Positions 8,339 to 17,845 of a stretch of DNA of 32,000 nucleotides are shown piece after piece; the first letter of the stretch is position 1; each line of letters starts with the position of its first letter. This DNA is from Gemmata obscuriglobus (lineage in GTDB: Bacteria; Planctomycetota; Planctomycetia; Gemmatales; Gemmataceae). A model generated the notes under the pieces. It was not told the origin of the DNA, did no database searches, and saw nothing but the letters and a program-made list of their open reading frames with translations. The position numbers were made by a program, and so were the translations under genes. Location of the stretch: NCBI RefSeq assembly GCF_008065095.1, contig NZ_CP042911.1, forward strand, positions 2,280,001-2,312,000. The letters are read 5' to 3'.

Positions 8339-10711
8339 GTGCCAGCTAGCCTTCGGCCTTTGAGACCCGGAATGTCCGAGCCGTCCGCGACCGAGCCCAG
8401 TGCCTCGCTTCTCTCCGTGATCGAACCGGTTGCCCCGGCCGATCTTGCTGCGGTGCCGTCACGCCGCGAGCGGCTCGCGTGGTACGCGGGTACCGCGCTG
8501 CTGGCTCTGGTTCTTGTGTCGGCCGGGCTGCGGATCGCCGAGCAGGACCTCGGGGCACCGTTTTACTACGACCTCGACTCCCTCCTGTACCTGCCGTGGG
8601 TGAAGAGCATCATCCTGCACGGCACCCACTGGCACAACGACCGATTGGGCGCGCCGGGGGGGCAGGAGCTGTACGACTTCCCGGTCATTGACTATCTGCA
8701 CTTCGCGTTCCTGTGGGTGCTGGGGCGGCTCACGTCCGACGTGTTCCTTGCGTACAACCTGTACTACCTGCTCACCTACCCGCTTACCGCGCTGACCGGG
8801 ATGGCGGTGCTGAGGTGGCTCAAACTGTCGCTCCCGGCCGCGGCGGTTGGCGCGCTGCTGTACGCGTTCCTCCCGTACCACCAGGAGCGGTTCCAGTACC
8901 ACTTCTTTTTGTCGGCGTACTGGGTCGTGCCGCTGTCGCTGGTGCCGGCGCTTGCCATCTGTAAGGGCGAACTGCTTCTGTTCCCGCTCGCGCCGGACGG
9001 CTCCCGACGGTTCCGGCCGTTCGCACCCGGGGCGCTGTGGACCCTGGTCGTTGGCGCGTTGACCGCGTCGGCCGGGGCGTACTACGCGTTCTTCGCGTGC
9101 GCGGTGTACGCGTTCGTGGGCCTGTACGCGGTGGTGATGTTCCACACCTGGAAGGCCGTCGCCGCGGCGGCGTGGGTGATCGCGCCGGTGGTGGCGGTCG
9201 GGGTCGCGTATCACTATCCGACGGCGGCGTACCAGGCCCGCAACGGGGTGAACCCGATCACCGACCGCGGCCCCGAAGAGGCCGAACTGTACGCGCTCAA
9301 GCTCTCGCACCTGGTGCTCCCGGCGACCGACCACAACGTCGCGAAGTTGTCGCGGCTCCGCGCGCTGTACGCGGCGAACCGGCCGGCCGACGGCGAGAGC
9401 GGCGGGTCACTGGGGGCGGTCGGCGGGGGCGGCTTGGTGGGGCTGCTGGTGCTGGCACTGTTCCCGCGCCGGCGGCGCTGGCCGGAGGCCCCGCTCGCGG
9501 CGCTGGTGCTGTTCCTGGTGCTGCTCGGCACCGTGGGCGGGCTCGGGTCGCTGTTTAACCTGCTGGTCACCGCCCAGATCCGCGCGTACGCGCGGATCAG
9601 CGTGTACATCGGGTTCTTGTGCATCTTCATGAGCGTGTGGTGGGCGGACCGGTTCCTGCTCACCCGGACGGGGGCGCGGGCGAGGCGGCTCCGCTACCCG
9701 GCGCTCGCGGCGCTGCTCGTTTTGGGCTACTTCGACCAGACGCCGTGGGGCTGGAACTGGTTCAACCCGCACGGGATGGCGATGGTGCGGGACCATGCTG
9801 AGCGGTTCCGCGCGGACGAGCGGTTCTTCCGCAAGGTCGAAGAGAAGTGCCCCGGCGCGCGGGTGTTCTGTCTTCCGTATGTGGCGTACCCGGAGAGCCC
9901 GCCCGTGCAGCGGGTCGCGGCCTACGAGCACGCCCGCGGGTACCTCCTGACCGACACCCTGAGCTGGAGCTTCGGGACGGTGAAGCGGCGCGAGACCGAC
10001 ATGTGGCTGAAGGACGTCGCGTTCCAGCCGCCGGAGGAGTTCCTCCGGCGGATCGTGGTGCGCGGGTTCGACGGCCTGTTCATCGACAGCCGCGGGTTCC
10101 CGCGCAAGGCGGACCCGGCGCGGAGCGAGCCGGCGTCGGCGTTCAACCCGATCGACCGGGTTCACACGCTGTACGCGGACCTCGTGCGCAAGAAGGGGCT
10201 CACGCTGCCGGAGGTCGCTCACGAAGACGGGCGGCAGTTTTTCCTCGACCTGCGCCCGTACCGCGACGCGTACCGCGACCTCGTCGGACCTACGGCGTTC
10301 GAGCAGCAGGCGACGCAGGAGCGGGAGTGGATCGCCCCGCTGTACCTGAAGGGGTTCATCGTGTACGACCAGGTGGACGACAACGAACAGATCCGGTGGG
10401 GCAGCTACGACGCGCACCTCATGTTCGTGAACCCGGCGGACCGCACCCGGCGGATCGACTTTTCGTTCACCCTTGGAGTGGAGGTGGACGGCGTGTTCCA
10501 CTTCTCGTTCAGCGGGATGCCCGGGCTCCAGTGGCCGGAGTTCGACCTCGAACGTAAGACCGACGGGTACGGGCACGCGTTCCACAACATCGAGCTGCCG
10601 CCGGGGCGCTCGACGCTCCGAATCCGGTGCACGCCGCCGGAGTCGTACGTGCCGTTTGACCACCGGAAGATTTGCTATTCCATCCGACACCTCCGGATCG
10701 TGGAGAAGTAA
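8339..10711 (+). CDS. Large polytopic membrane protein with a ~320-aa C-terminal soluble domain (GT-C-like or envelope polymer-modifying; function unknown)
   Basis: There are about 12 hydrophobic segments up to roughly residue 470. A loop motif YYDLDSLLYLPWVKSIILHGTHWHNDRLGAPGGQELYDFP follows TM1. The C-terminal domain includes FCLPYVAYPESPP ... YEHARGYLLTDTLSWSFGTVKRRETDMW. The start is either GTG 8339 or ATG 8372. Confidence 0.6.
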   Translation: MPASLRPLRPGMSEPSATEPSASLLSVIEPVAPADLAAVPSRRERLAWYAGTALLALVLVSAGLRIAEQDLGAPFYYDLDSLLYLPWVKSIILHGTHWHNDRLGAPGGQELYDFPVIDYLHFAFLWVLGRLTSDVFLAYNLYYLLTYPLTALTGMAVLRWLKLSLPAAAVGALLYAFLPYHQERFQYHFFLSAYWVVPLSLVPALAICKGELLLFPLAPDGSRRFRPFAPGALWTLVVGALTASAGAYYAFFACAVYAFVGLYAVVMFHTWKAVAAAAWVIAPVVAVGVAYHYPTAAYQARNGVNPITDRGPEEAELYALKLSHLVLPATDHNVAKLSRLRALYAANRPADGESGGSLGAVGGGGLVGLLVLALFPRRRRWPEAPLAALVLFLVLLGTVGGLGSLFNLLVTAQIRAYARISVYIGFLCIFMSVWWADRFLLTRTGARARRLRYPALAALLVLGYFDQTPWGWNWFNPHGMAMVRDHAERFRADERFFRKVEEKCPGARVFCLPYVAYPESPPVQRVAAYEHARGYLLTDTLSWSFGTVKRRETDMWLKDVAFQPPEEFLRRIVVRGFDGLFIDSRGFPRKADPARSEPASAFNPIDRVHTLYADLVRKKGLTLPEVAHEDGRQFFLDLRPYRDAYRDLVGPTAFEQQATQEREWIAPLYLKGFIVYDQVDDNEQIRWGSYDAHLMFVNPADRTRRIDFSFTLGVEVDGVFHFSFSGMPGLQWPEFDLERKTDGYGHAFHNIELPPGRSTLRIRCTPPESYVPFDHRKICYSIRHLRIVEK

Positions 10712-10721
10712 TAGGAGAGGG

Positions 10722-10752
10722 GCGGCCGGCTGCCGGAGCCGCTGCCATTTTT
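10722..10752 (+). terminator. Candidate rho-independent terminator
   Basis: The GC hairpin is gcggccgg-ctg-ccgg(a)gccgc, followed by tgccattttt. It lies 11 nt after the stop at 10711. Confidence 0.5.
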
Positions 10753-10859
10753 CGCTTCCCGCCCAGTTTGTTTGCTCACGCGCGCAAACTCATTCCTTCG
10801 GAAGCACTTCGGAGAGGAAACCGGCCGGCGGCGAATGAAAGTCCGACCCGCTCGCAACG

Positions 10860-10865
10860 TATAAT
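10860..10865 (+). promoter_or_regulatory. Perfect TATAAT hexamer about 50 nt upstream of the gdh start (candidate -10 box)
   Basis: tataat is at 10860-10865 in a GC-rich context. No convincing -35 is seen (gaaagt at 17-nt spacing). A GAGG Shine-Dalgarno lies 8 nt before ATG 10915. Confidence 0.3.
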
Positions 10866-10914
10866 CCCGTAGTGCCTGCTACGGTCCTCCTCTCCTTCCG
10901 TCTGAGGTACGCAC

Positions 10915-12207
10915 ATGTCCGCTATGCCCCCGGGAAACCCGGCCTCGAATCCGTTCGTTACGTCGCCCACGTACTTGATGGCGTGCCAGCAGTTGCGGAA
11001 CGTCGCGCGCGCCATCAGCCTCGATCCGGGCCTCACCGACCGTCTCATGACGCCCAAGCGGTCGCAGGTCGTCGCCATCCCGGTGCGGATGGAGGACGGG
11101 CGGACGGAGACCTTTGTCGGGTACCGCGTTCAGCACTCGCTCACCAGCGGTCCGAGCAAAGGGGGCCTCCGGTACGCCAAGAACGTGGACCTGGGCGAAG
11201 TCGCCGCGCTGGCCATGTGGATGAGCTGGAAGTGCGGGATCATGAACCTGCCGTTCGGTGGGGCGAAGGGCGGCATCGCGGTGGACCCCGCCGAACTCAA
11301 GGGCGGGGAGAAGGAGCGACTCACCCGGCGGTTCACGGACGAGATCCAGAACATCATCGGGCCGCGGGTCGACGTGATGGCGCCCGACATGGGCACCGAC
11401 GAGCAGACCATGGCGTGGATCTACGACACTTACTCCATGAAGGTGGGGTACGCGTGCCCCGAGATCGTCACCGGCAAACCGGTGGAACTCGGCGGCTGCG
11501 TCGGGCGGAAGGAGGCGACCGGGCGCGGGGTGGTGTACTGCATCACGGAGGCGTTCAACGAACTCGACATCCGCCCCGAGACCGCGACGGCCGTCGTGCA
11601 AGGGTTCGGCAACGTCGGGTCGGTGACCTGCGAGGAACTGGTCAAACTCGGGGTGAAGGTGGTCGCGGTCGGCGACCGGTACGGGTCGATCCGCAACGCC
11701 CGCGGGATCGACATCCCGCAACTGCTGAACTACGCGGCCCGGAACCCGCGCAAGACCATCGTCGGGTTTCCGGGAGCGGAAGCGATCCCGGACGCGGAGC
11801 TGCTCACCACGCCCTGCACGGTCCTGGTCCCGGCCGCTCTGGAGCGGGTCATCACCGCCGAGAACGCCGGTCAACTCCGGTGCCGGGTGCTCGCCGAGGC
11901 CGCCAACGGCCCCACCGACCCTGAAGCCGATGCGATCATCTCGAACAGCGACATCTTCGTCATCCCCGACATCCTGTGCAACGCCGGCGGCGTGACGGTG
12001 TCGTACTTCGAGTGGGTGCAGGACCTCGCCCAGTTCATGTGGGACGAGGAGGAGGTCAACTCGCAGCTCAAGAAGCAGATGCTGCGGGCGTTCCACCGGG
12101 TGCGGGCCGAGGCGAAGGCGCGGAACTTCGGGAACCGCCTCGCGGCGCTGAGCTTGGGGGTGCAAAAAGTCGCGACCGAGAAGCAGAAGCGCGGGCTCTA
12201 CCCGTAA
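10915..12207 (+). CDS. gdhA: Glutamate dehydrogenase (Glu/Leu/Phe/Val dehydrogenase family)
   Basis: The catalytic-site region is KGGLRYAKNVDLGEVAALAMWMSWKCGIMNLPFGGAKGGI. The dinucleotide fold is VVQGFGNVGS. Further matches are PDILCNAGGVTVSYFEWVQ and the 430-aa length. Confidence 0.95.
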   Translation: MSAMPPGNPASNPFVTSPTYLMACQQLRNVARAISLDPGLTDRLMTPKRSQVVAIPVRMEDGRTETFVGYRVQHSLTSGPSKGGLRYAKNVDLGEVAALAMWMSWKCGIMNLPFGGAKGGIAVDPAELKGGEKERLTRRFTDEIQNIIGPRVDVMAPDMGTDEQTMAWIYDTYSMKVGYACPEIVTGKPVELGGCVGRKEATGRGVVYCITEAFNELDIRPETATAVVQGFGNVGSVTCEELVKLGVKVVAVGDRYGSIRNARGIDIPQLLNYAARNPRKTIVGFPGAEAIPDAELLTTPCTVLVPAALERVITAENAGQLRCRVLAEAANGPTDPEADAIISNSDIFVIPDILCNAGGVTVSYFEWVQDLAQFMWDEEEVNSQLKKQMLRAFHRVRAEAKARNFGNRLAALSLGVQKVATEKQKRGLYP

Positions 12208-12214
12208 GCAAAAC

Positions 12215-12291
12215 AAAAAGCAGACGGTTGGCCGATAAACGCGAAGGGGGCTTGATCCGCGCCCTTCGCGTTCGTCGGCCGCTGCCTTTTT
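12215..12291 (+). terminator. Rho-independent terminator after gdh (long imperfect hairpin plus T-run)
   Basis: The inner stem is aacgcgaaggg ... cccttcgcgtt. The outer imperfect stem is aaaaagcag..ggccga / tcggccgctgccttttt, ending in ttttt. Confidence 0.7.
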
Positions 12292-12360
12292 ATTCGTCCC
12301 ACTCGTATCATCACTTCGCGCTTCATGTGAAGCCCCACGCCTGTCTCTCGGACCTGACCG

Positions 12361-14136
12361 ATGTTGAGCGCCGGCCCGACTCCGTCTGCGGCGACCCCCT
12401 CCTCGTCTTCGCCACATCCGTCCCGGTGGCCCGACGTGGTTTGGCTCGCGGTGCTGGCCGCGTGGTCGGCGGCGTGGTGCCTCACGGCCGCGCCGAAGCT
12501 CGGCGTAACTTACGACGAGCCGTTCTATCTCGACGCCGGGATGGACGCCTGGCGCGGCTGGGTTCGAGAGGACGGCGGCTGGCGCGGGTGGGCGCACGGC
12601 AGTTGCGCGGTCAACGGCGTAATGCCGCTCCCGATCGATGCGCTCACCCTGCCGCTGTTCGTGTACGAATGCCGGACGGGTGAAAAATTCGGTCCCGGCG
12701 AATCGAAAATCGAAAAGCTGCGGTGGGCACGAGCCGTCACGCTGGGCTGGTTCTGGCTTCTCATCTTCTCGGGGTGGCGCCTCGGGCGGGCTGTCGGCGG
12801 CCCGTGGGCCGGGCGCATCGCCGCCGGACTGCTCGCTACCGATCCCAACTTCCTTGGGCACGCGTCGGTCGCTACCACCGACATCTGCGTGTGCGCCACG
12901 CTGATGGCGTACACCCGCGCCGTGTACGCAGGGCAGACCGGCGGCTGCTGGAAGCGGCTGCTGCTGCCGGGACTGTGGTTCGGTGTGGCGGCGGTGTCGA
13001 AGTTGTCCGCGCTGCTCTACGGCGGCATCATCCTCGTGGTGCTGGAGGTGTGCTTCCGGTGCGCGTCCGGGGCGTTGTCCCGCCCGTCGGGCGGTGATCT
13101 GAAGGCGTGGGGGCGAAAAGTGGCGGGTGCGGTGCTGCGGTCGGTGCTCAACGCCGCGGGCGTGCTCGCCGTGGGAATTGCGTTCGCGTTCGCGTTCCTG
13201 GGTGTACCGGACGAGGACGACAAGCCCTTCGTGAAAGTGGCCGCGAGCGTTCCCGCGGGCGAGCCGCTGAAAGAGCGGTACGCGAAGTGGGCCGAGGGGA
13301 TCGGATCGGGGCAAGTGCCCTACGCCGCGTGCGCGTTCGCGTTCCAGTGGTGGCACAACGCCCAGGGGCGGCCCACGTTCCTCGACGGCGTTTACTACCC
13401 CGAGAGCTACCGGTGGTACTTCCCCCACGTGCTGCTCATGAAGGTGCCGCTCCCGATTTTTGCGCTGGCGCTCGTCGCGCTGCTGCGGGCTCGTGCGGTC
13501 GCGAACCCGTTGACGTTCGCGGCGCTGCTGCTGCTCGCGGCGCTGCTAACGGCGAAGCTCCAGATCGGCGTGCGGCTCGCGTTCCCGGTGGTGGCGATCG
13601 GGTACGTCGCGCTCGCGGTCGCGTTGGCACGCGGGTACCCCCGGTGCGCGACGCGGCTCGCGGCACCGGCGGTGTTGGCGCTGGCCGCCACGTCGCTGTG
13701 GGTGTGGCCGCACGGTCTTGGGTACATCAACCAGGCGCACGGCGGGCCGAAGGAAGGGTACCGGCTCGTCACCGATTCGAACGTGGACTGGGGGCACGGG
13801 CTGCCGGAACTGAAGGAGTGGCACGCGGCCAACGGGGAGCCGCCCATTTGTGTCTGGTACTTCGGCACCGATCCGGCGGTGAATCAGCCGCCGTTTCAGA
13901 AGTTCTCGCCGGAATCGTTCAAGCCCGCGATCACAAACGAACGAGAACTTCGTGCAGCGGTAGGCTCGCGGGTGCTGGCGGTGGGGCACACGGTGGCGTC
14001 ACTGCACCCGGACGCGCCGCCGGAGAAGGTGGTGGCGCTCGGGTGCCTGAAGGCGCGGCGCCCGGTCGCCCGCACGGCGACGTTCACCCTGTACGACTTC
14101 CGCGACGGGCAAAACGGGTCGCCGGCGCTCGAATAA
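12361..14136 (+). CDS. Glycosyltransferase family 39 (ArnT/PMT_2-like) membrane protein
   Basis: The first-loop Asp-Glu motif is GVTYDEPFYLDAGMD. More than 10 hydrophobic segments follow. The C-terminal periplasmic part includes DSNVDWGHGLPELKEW. Confidence 0.7.
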   Translation: MLSAGPTPSAATPSSSSPHPSRWPDVVWLAVLAAWSAAWCLTAAPKLGVTYDEPFYLDAGMDAWRGWVREDGGWRGWAHGSCAVNGVMPLPIDALTLPLFVYECRTGEKFGPGESKIEKLRWARAVTLGWFWLLIFSGWRLGRAVGGPWAGRIAAGLLATDPNFLGHASVATTDICVCATLMAYTRAVYAGQTGGCWKRLLLPGLWFGVAAVSKLSALLYGGIILVVLEVCFRCASGALSRPSGGDLKAWGRKVAGAVLRSVLNAAGVLAVGIAFAFAFLGVPDEDDKPFVKVAASVPAGEPLKERYAKWAEGIGSGQVPYAACAFAFQWWHNAQGRPTFLDGVYYPESYRWYFPHVLLMKVPLPIFALALVALLRARAVANPLTFAALLLLAALLTAKLQIGVRLAFPVVAIGYVALAVALARGYPRCATRLAAPAVLALAATSLWVWPHGLGYINQAHGGPKEGYRLVTDSNVDWGHGLPELKEWHAANGEPPICVWYFGTDPAVNQPPFQKFSPESFKPAITNERELRAAVGSRVLAVGHTVASLHPDAPPEKVVALGCLKARRPVARTATFTLYDFRDGQNGSPALE

Positions 14137-14450
14137 TACTCGCGCGTTCGTGTTGATACTTCTGTGCGGATGGGATATCTGACTGCGTCAACCTCGTTCG
14201 TGTGAAGCGGGGCGAGAGGTTACGGACGGGGCGCGCGGAACCGTTAGGGGTGTAGTGATGAGGGCGCGAAAAAAGCGCCGAACACGCACGGTTTCGCTCG
14301 GCGTGCAACTTGTTTTTCAGAGACCCCGCGTTACGATTCGTTCTTAAAGCGTTCTCGCTCGGACCCGATCCGGGTGCGGGGCGCACCCGAGAAGCCGGCC
14401 GCCGCGTGGCGCCGGCCCGGGACTGGTGGACCCCTGGAGTCACCCGGCGT

Positions 14451-15896
14451 ATGTTCGAGTCCGACGCCCGACACCCGCTCATCGAGCGCGCGGTCGCACC
14501 GGCCGCGAGCGGGTTCGAGGACGAAGAGCCCCCGAGTCAGCCGCGCCGGCACCCGCTCTGGAAGGACGTGCCCGACGCCCAGTGGGACGACTGGCGCTGG
14601 CAGACCCAGAACTCCATCCGCTCGGTCCGCCAACTGCGCACCCTTCTGTCGTTCACCCCAGAAGAGCTCGAAGCGCTCGGCGAACTGGAGAGCGAGTACA
14701 AGCTCGCCATCCCCCCGTACTTCTTCTCCCTGATCGACCCCGAAGACCCCAACGACCCGATCCGGCTCCAGTCGGTCCCGTCGCCCCTGGAGGCGGAAAG
14801 CGCTTCGGGGCACGAACTCGACGACCCGCTCGAAGAAGAGAAGGACTCACCGGTCCCGGGGCTGACGCACCGCTACAGTGACCGCGCGCTGCTGGTCACC
14901 ACCCCGAACTGCACGATGTACTGCCGGTACTGCACCCGCAAGCGCGCGACGCTCACGCGCGGCGGGTGGGAAGGGGTCAGCGCCGACGACGAGCGCATGA
15001 TCCAGTACGTGCGCGAGCACCGCGAGATCAAGGACGTGATCGTGAGCGGCGGCGACCCGCTCACGCTGCCGATGGGCAAGCTGCGGTACTACCTCGAAAG
15101 CCTGAAGGCGATGAAACACGTCGACGTGATCCGCGTCGGCACCCGCGTCCCCGTCACGCTCCCGCAGCGGCTCTACGACCCGGAACTGATCGACCTCCTC
15201 GGCTCGGCCGAGAAGGTGTACGTTCAGACCCACTTCAACCACCCGCGCGAGGTGACCCCCGAGGCGGTGCGGGCGTGCAAGTCGCTGCTCCGCGCCGGGG
15301 TGCCGATCAACAACCACACCGTGCTGCTCAAGGGCGTGAACGACGACGTGGGCACGATGCGGTCGCTGTTCCGCGCTCTGTTGCGGGCGAAGGTGCGGCC
15401 GTACTACCTGTTCCACTGCGACCCGGTGACCGGCGCCGGGCACTTCCGCACGAGCGTGTGGAAGGGGCTCGAGATCATGGAGGGGCTGCGCGGGCACATG
15501 TCCGGGATCGGCATCCCGACCTACGTGGTGGACGGCCCGCAGGGCTCCGGCAAGATCCCGATCCTGCCGAACTACCTCATCTCCATGTCCGACGACGTGG
15601 TGGTGCTGCGGAACTACGAGGGGATGATCGTCCGGTATAAGGCCGACGACAAGCCGATGTCCGCGGGCCAGCCGACCACGACGAAGGGCGTGAGCGGGTT
15701 GCTCCAGGGTGATAAGGGGTCGTTGATCCCCGAGGGCAACGAGCGCATGGCGCGGCGCAAGCCGCGGGTAGTGCGCGACGGGTGTGGGGGCGGCGAGCGA
15801 GACGCGAACAGCGACGGCGCGGCGATGCGGCCGATCATTCCGCTCCCGCTCCTGAACAGCGGGAACGGCAACGGGAACATCGCGTCCAACGGCTGA
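14451..15896 (+). CDS. kamA: Lysine 2,3-aminomutase (KamA/AblA-type radical SAM, PLP enzyme)
   Basis: LWKDVPDAQWDDWRWQTQNSI and SPVPGLTHRYSDRALLVTTPNCTMYCRYCTRKR (CxxxCxxC) align closely with my memory of Bacillus KamA. Other matches are VIVSGGDPL, HFNHPREVT, NHTVLLKGVNDD, RPYYLFHCDPV, VVDGPQGSGK and PNYLI. The in-frame ORF extends up to TTG 14310, so the start is uncertain. A C-terminal Gly/Asn-rich tail of about 80 aa is present. Confidence 0.92.
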   Translation: MFESDARHPLIERAVAPAASGFEDEEPPSQPRRHPLWKDVPDAQWDDWRWQTQNSIRSVRQLRTLLSFTPEELEALGELESEYKLAIPPYFFSLIDPEDPNDPIRLQSVPSPLEAESASGHELDDPLEEEKDSPVPGLTHRYSDRALLVTTPNCTMYCRYCTRKRATLTRGGWEGVSADDERMIQYVREHREIKDVIVSGGDPLTLPMGKLRYYLESLKAMKHVDVIRVGTRVPVTLPQRLYDPELIDLLGSAEKVYVQTHFNHPREVTPEAVRACKSLLRAGVPINNHTVLLKGVNDDVGTMRSLFRALLRAKVRPYYLFHCDPVTGAGHFRTSVWKGLEIMEGLRGHMSGIGIPTYVVDGPQGSGKIPILPNYLISMSDDVVVLRNYEGMIVRYKADDKPMSAGQPTTTKGVSGLLQGDKGSLIPEGNERMARRKPRVVRDGCGGGERDANSDGAAMRPIIPLPLLNSGNGNGNIASNG

Positions 15897-15977
15897 CCGC
15901 AGCCGTGCCTCAGCCGAACCCCGGGCGGCGCCCGGGGTTCGTTGGTTCCCGGGTCCGAGTCGTGCAAGGAGGTTCGC

Positions 15978-16217
15978 ATGTCCGCGCCGGCACCGGACCC
16001 GAAGGACGACGCGAAACAGGAGCGGTCCAACGCGGTCGTGTGGGCGCTGGCGTCTGCGGCGGTCGCGGTCGGCCTGTTGATGTACGCCGGCCGGATCGAA
16101 CCCGGGAAGCAAAAAACGTATTACATCCTGGCGGGGCTGGCGGCGGCGGTCGCCGCGGTTAACGGGTACGGCGCCTGGTCGCTCTACAAGAACGCTCATC
16201 CGCCCGCTGCCAAGTAG
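15978..16217 (+). CDS. Small two-TM membrane protein (79 aa), hypothetical
   Basis: ATG 15978 is preceded by caaggagg. The two hydrophobic helices are AVVWALASAAVAVGLLMYAG and YYILAGLAAAVAAVNGYGAW. It sits between kamA and the ATP-grasp gene on the same strand. Confidence 0.55.
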   Translation: MSAPAPDPKDDAKQERSNAVVWALASAAVAVGLLMYAGRIEPGKQKTYYILAGLAAAVAAVNGYGAWSLYKNAHPPAAK

Positions 16218-16244
16218 CGGGCTTCCTGCGGAGGCGAACCGGCC

Positions 16245-17267
16245 GTGCGAATCGGAATCGCGTGTACTTTGAAGCCGGACGGCCCGCTCCCGCCCGGCGC
16301 GCCGGACGATCTGCACGAGGAGTTCGACTCCCCCGCGACCGTCAAGGCCATCGCGGACGTGCTCGCGTCTCTCGGTCACACCGTCGCCCTGCTCGGTGAC
16401 GGCCGCGCACTGATCGAATCTCTACTAAACGCTCCCCCGGATCTGGTGTTCAACTTCGCGGAAGGGGCCGGGGTGAGCCGGTCGCGCGAGGCCCGTGTGC
16501 CGGCGGTGTGCGAGATGCTGGGCGTCCCGTATACCGGCTCAGATCCGTTCGCACTGGCGGTCGCGCTCGACAAGGACGCGACCCGGCGGCTCGCCGAATC
16601 CTACGGGCTGACGGTTCCCAAAGGCATCACCCTGGCACCGGTCGCGGGCGAGTACGACGGGGATTTCGCGGAGTTCGCCCCGGCCCTCGAAGACGCCGGG
16701 CTGACGCTCCCGGTGATCGCGAAGCCGACCTGCGAGGGGTCGAGCAAGGGCATCCGCGGGAAGTGCCTCATCACCTCAGCGGCCGAGTTCGGTCCCGCCG
16801 TGGTCGAACTGTGGAGGAACTACCAGCAACCGGTCTTGGTGGAGGAGTACATTGCCGGCGACGAGATCACCATTGGGTTGTACGGGAGCGACCCGCCGCA
16901 GCCGATCGGGGTGATGCAGATCGTGCCGAAGCAGTCGCCCGAGAGCTTCGTGTACAGCCTCGAGGTGAAGCGCAACTGGGCCGATGCGGTCGACTACGTT
17001 GCCCCCGCGAAGCTGCCGCGCGAGGTGCTGCACGCGATCGAGGCCGACGCGATGGCCCTGTACGCGGGCCTCGGCTGCCGGGACGTGGCGCGGCTCGATT
17101 TCCGCGTGCGAGACGGTGTGCCGTACTTCCTGGAGATCAACCCACTTCCCGGGCTGAACCCCGACTCGGGCGACCTGTGCTACCTCGCGTACCGCATGGG
17201 GCTGACGTACCCGGAACTCATCGGGCTGATCCTCGACTCCGCGGCCGCGCGCTACGGATTACGGTAA
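16245..17267 (+). CDS. D-alanine--D-alanine ligase-like ATP-grasp ligase (paralog 1)
   Basis: The GTG start has GGAGG 10 nt upstream. ATP-grasp motifs are LPVIAKPTCEGSSKGI, PVLVEEYIAGDEITIG and ARLDFRVRDGVPYFLEINPLPGL. The N-terminal part (EFDSPATVKAIADVLASLGH) is a pre-ATP-grasp domain. Confidence 0.85.
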   Translation: MRIGIACTLKPDGPLPPGAPDDLHEEFDSPATVKAIADVLASLGHTVALLGDGRALIESLLNAPPDLVFNFAEGAGVSRSREARVPAVCEMLGVPYTGSDPFALAVALDKDATRRLAESYGLTVPKGITLAPVAGEYDGDFAEFAPALEDAGLTLPVIAKPTCEGSSKGIRGKCLITSAAEFGPAVVELWRNYQQPVLVEEYIAGDEITIGLYGSDPPQPIGVMQIVPKQSPESFVYSLEVKRNWADAVDYVAPAKLPREVLHAIEADAMALYAGLGCRDVARLDFRVRDGVPYFLEINPLPGLNPDSGDLCYLAYRMGLTYPELIGLILDSAAARYGLR

Positions 17268-17558
17268 CCGCCGGCGCCAGTAGCCCGGTCGTCGGCTCGT
17301 GTGCATCACCGCGAGCAGCAGAACCGTGTTCGCATCGAGTTCGAGGTAAACCAGCAGGTACGGGAAACTGGGCAGGCGGTAGAACCTTGTTCCATCGGTG
17401 TGCGGTGCAAAACTGGCGGGAGCAGCCCCGATGGACGCGATTCCGGTATCGAATTCGTCCAGGAACCGTGCGACCAGACGCTGGCTGACGCGGGCGTAGC
17501 GTCGGCGCGCCAGCCGAGCCTCCTCGATTGCCCGCGGGTGAAGGTCAACGGCCGCCAT
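17259..17558 (-). CDS. Type II toxin, RelE/ParE family
   Basis: The protein is 99 aa. FYRLPSFPYLLVYLELDANTVLLLAVMHTSRRPGYWRRR is the typical ParE/RelE C-terminal core. The gene overlaps the upstream antitoxin gene by 14 nt. Confidence 0.85.
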   Translation of the reverse strand: MAAVDLHPRAIEEARLARRRYARVSQRLVARFLDEFDTGIASIGAAPASFAPHTDGTRFYRLPSFPYLLVYLELDANTVLLLAVMHTSRRPGYWRRRLP

Positions 17559-17784
17559 CGGCGTCGTCCAAGATTTGCTGCCGAGCGGTGGCCCAAGGAA
17601 CCGCTTTCACTTGGCCGCTGCGCACCTCTTCGATTCGCGCTTGGAGTTCCTGGCCCCATCCACCCTCGTCTTCGGTACCCGCATTGGGTTCGAGGCTGTC
17701 GAGTAAGTGCGCGGCCAGTTCGGCGCGGTCCGCGTTGGGCAACTGGAGCAGTGTTTCGAGAATCGCGTTCGCAGCTTGCGTCAT
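17545..17784 (-). CDS. Antitoxin, 'putative addiction module component' type
   Basis: The protein is 79 aa. LLQLPNADRAELAAHLLDSLEP ... WGQELQARIEEVRSGQVKAVPW matches the pattern of that antitoxin family. It lies immediately upstream of the toxin and overlaps it. Confidence 0.8.
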   Translation of the reverse strand: MTQAANAILETLLQLPNADRAELAAHLLDSLEPNAGTEDEGGWGQELQARIEEVRSGQVKAVPWATARQQILDDADGGR

Positions 17785-17845
17785 GTGTCACCTCAACGGG
17801 ATACTACATTATTGGTCGTGTTCTGTGCAACTACCGGGGCAATCC

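Noticed and set aside
10879-13428. 849-aa ORF on the minus strand spanning gdh and the GT39 gene
   Set aside because: It runs antisense to two well-supported genes. The translation is Arg/Gly/Pro/His-rich low-complexity sequence typical of off-frame ORFs in high-GC DNA, with no recognisable motifs.
14137-14450. Lysine (L-box) riboswitch upstream of kamA
   Set aside because: I could not find the conserved L-box core elements by eye. Only generic hairpins are present. The region is reported as a structured leader, not as a riboswitch.
14847-16379. 510-aa ORF antisense to kamA and the small membrane protein
   Set aside because: It overlaps a gene with near-textbook KamA motifs, and its composition is artefactual (Arg/His/Pro/Gly).
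17528-17845. N-terminal 106 codons of the 339-aa ORF 17528-18547
   Set aside because: This part runs antisense through the toxin and antitoxin genes and looks non-protein-like (Ser/Ala/Pro/Arg-rich). An in-frame GTG at 17846 just past the antitoxin start gives a cleaner gene.
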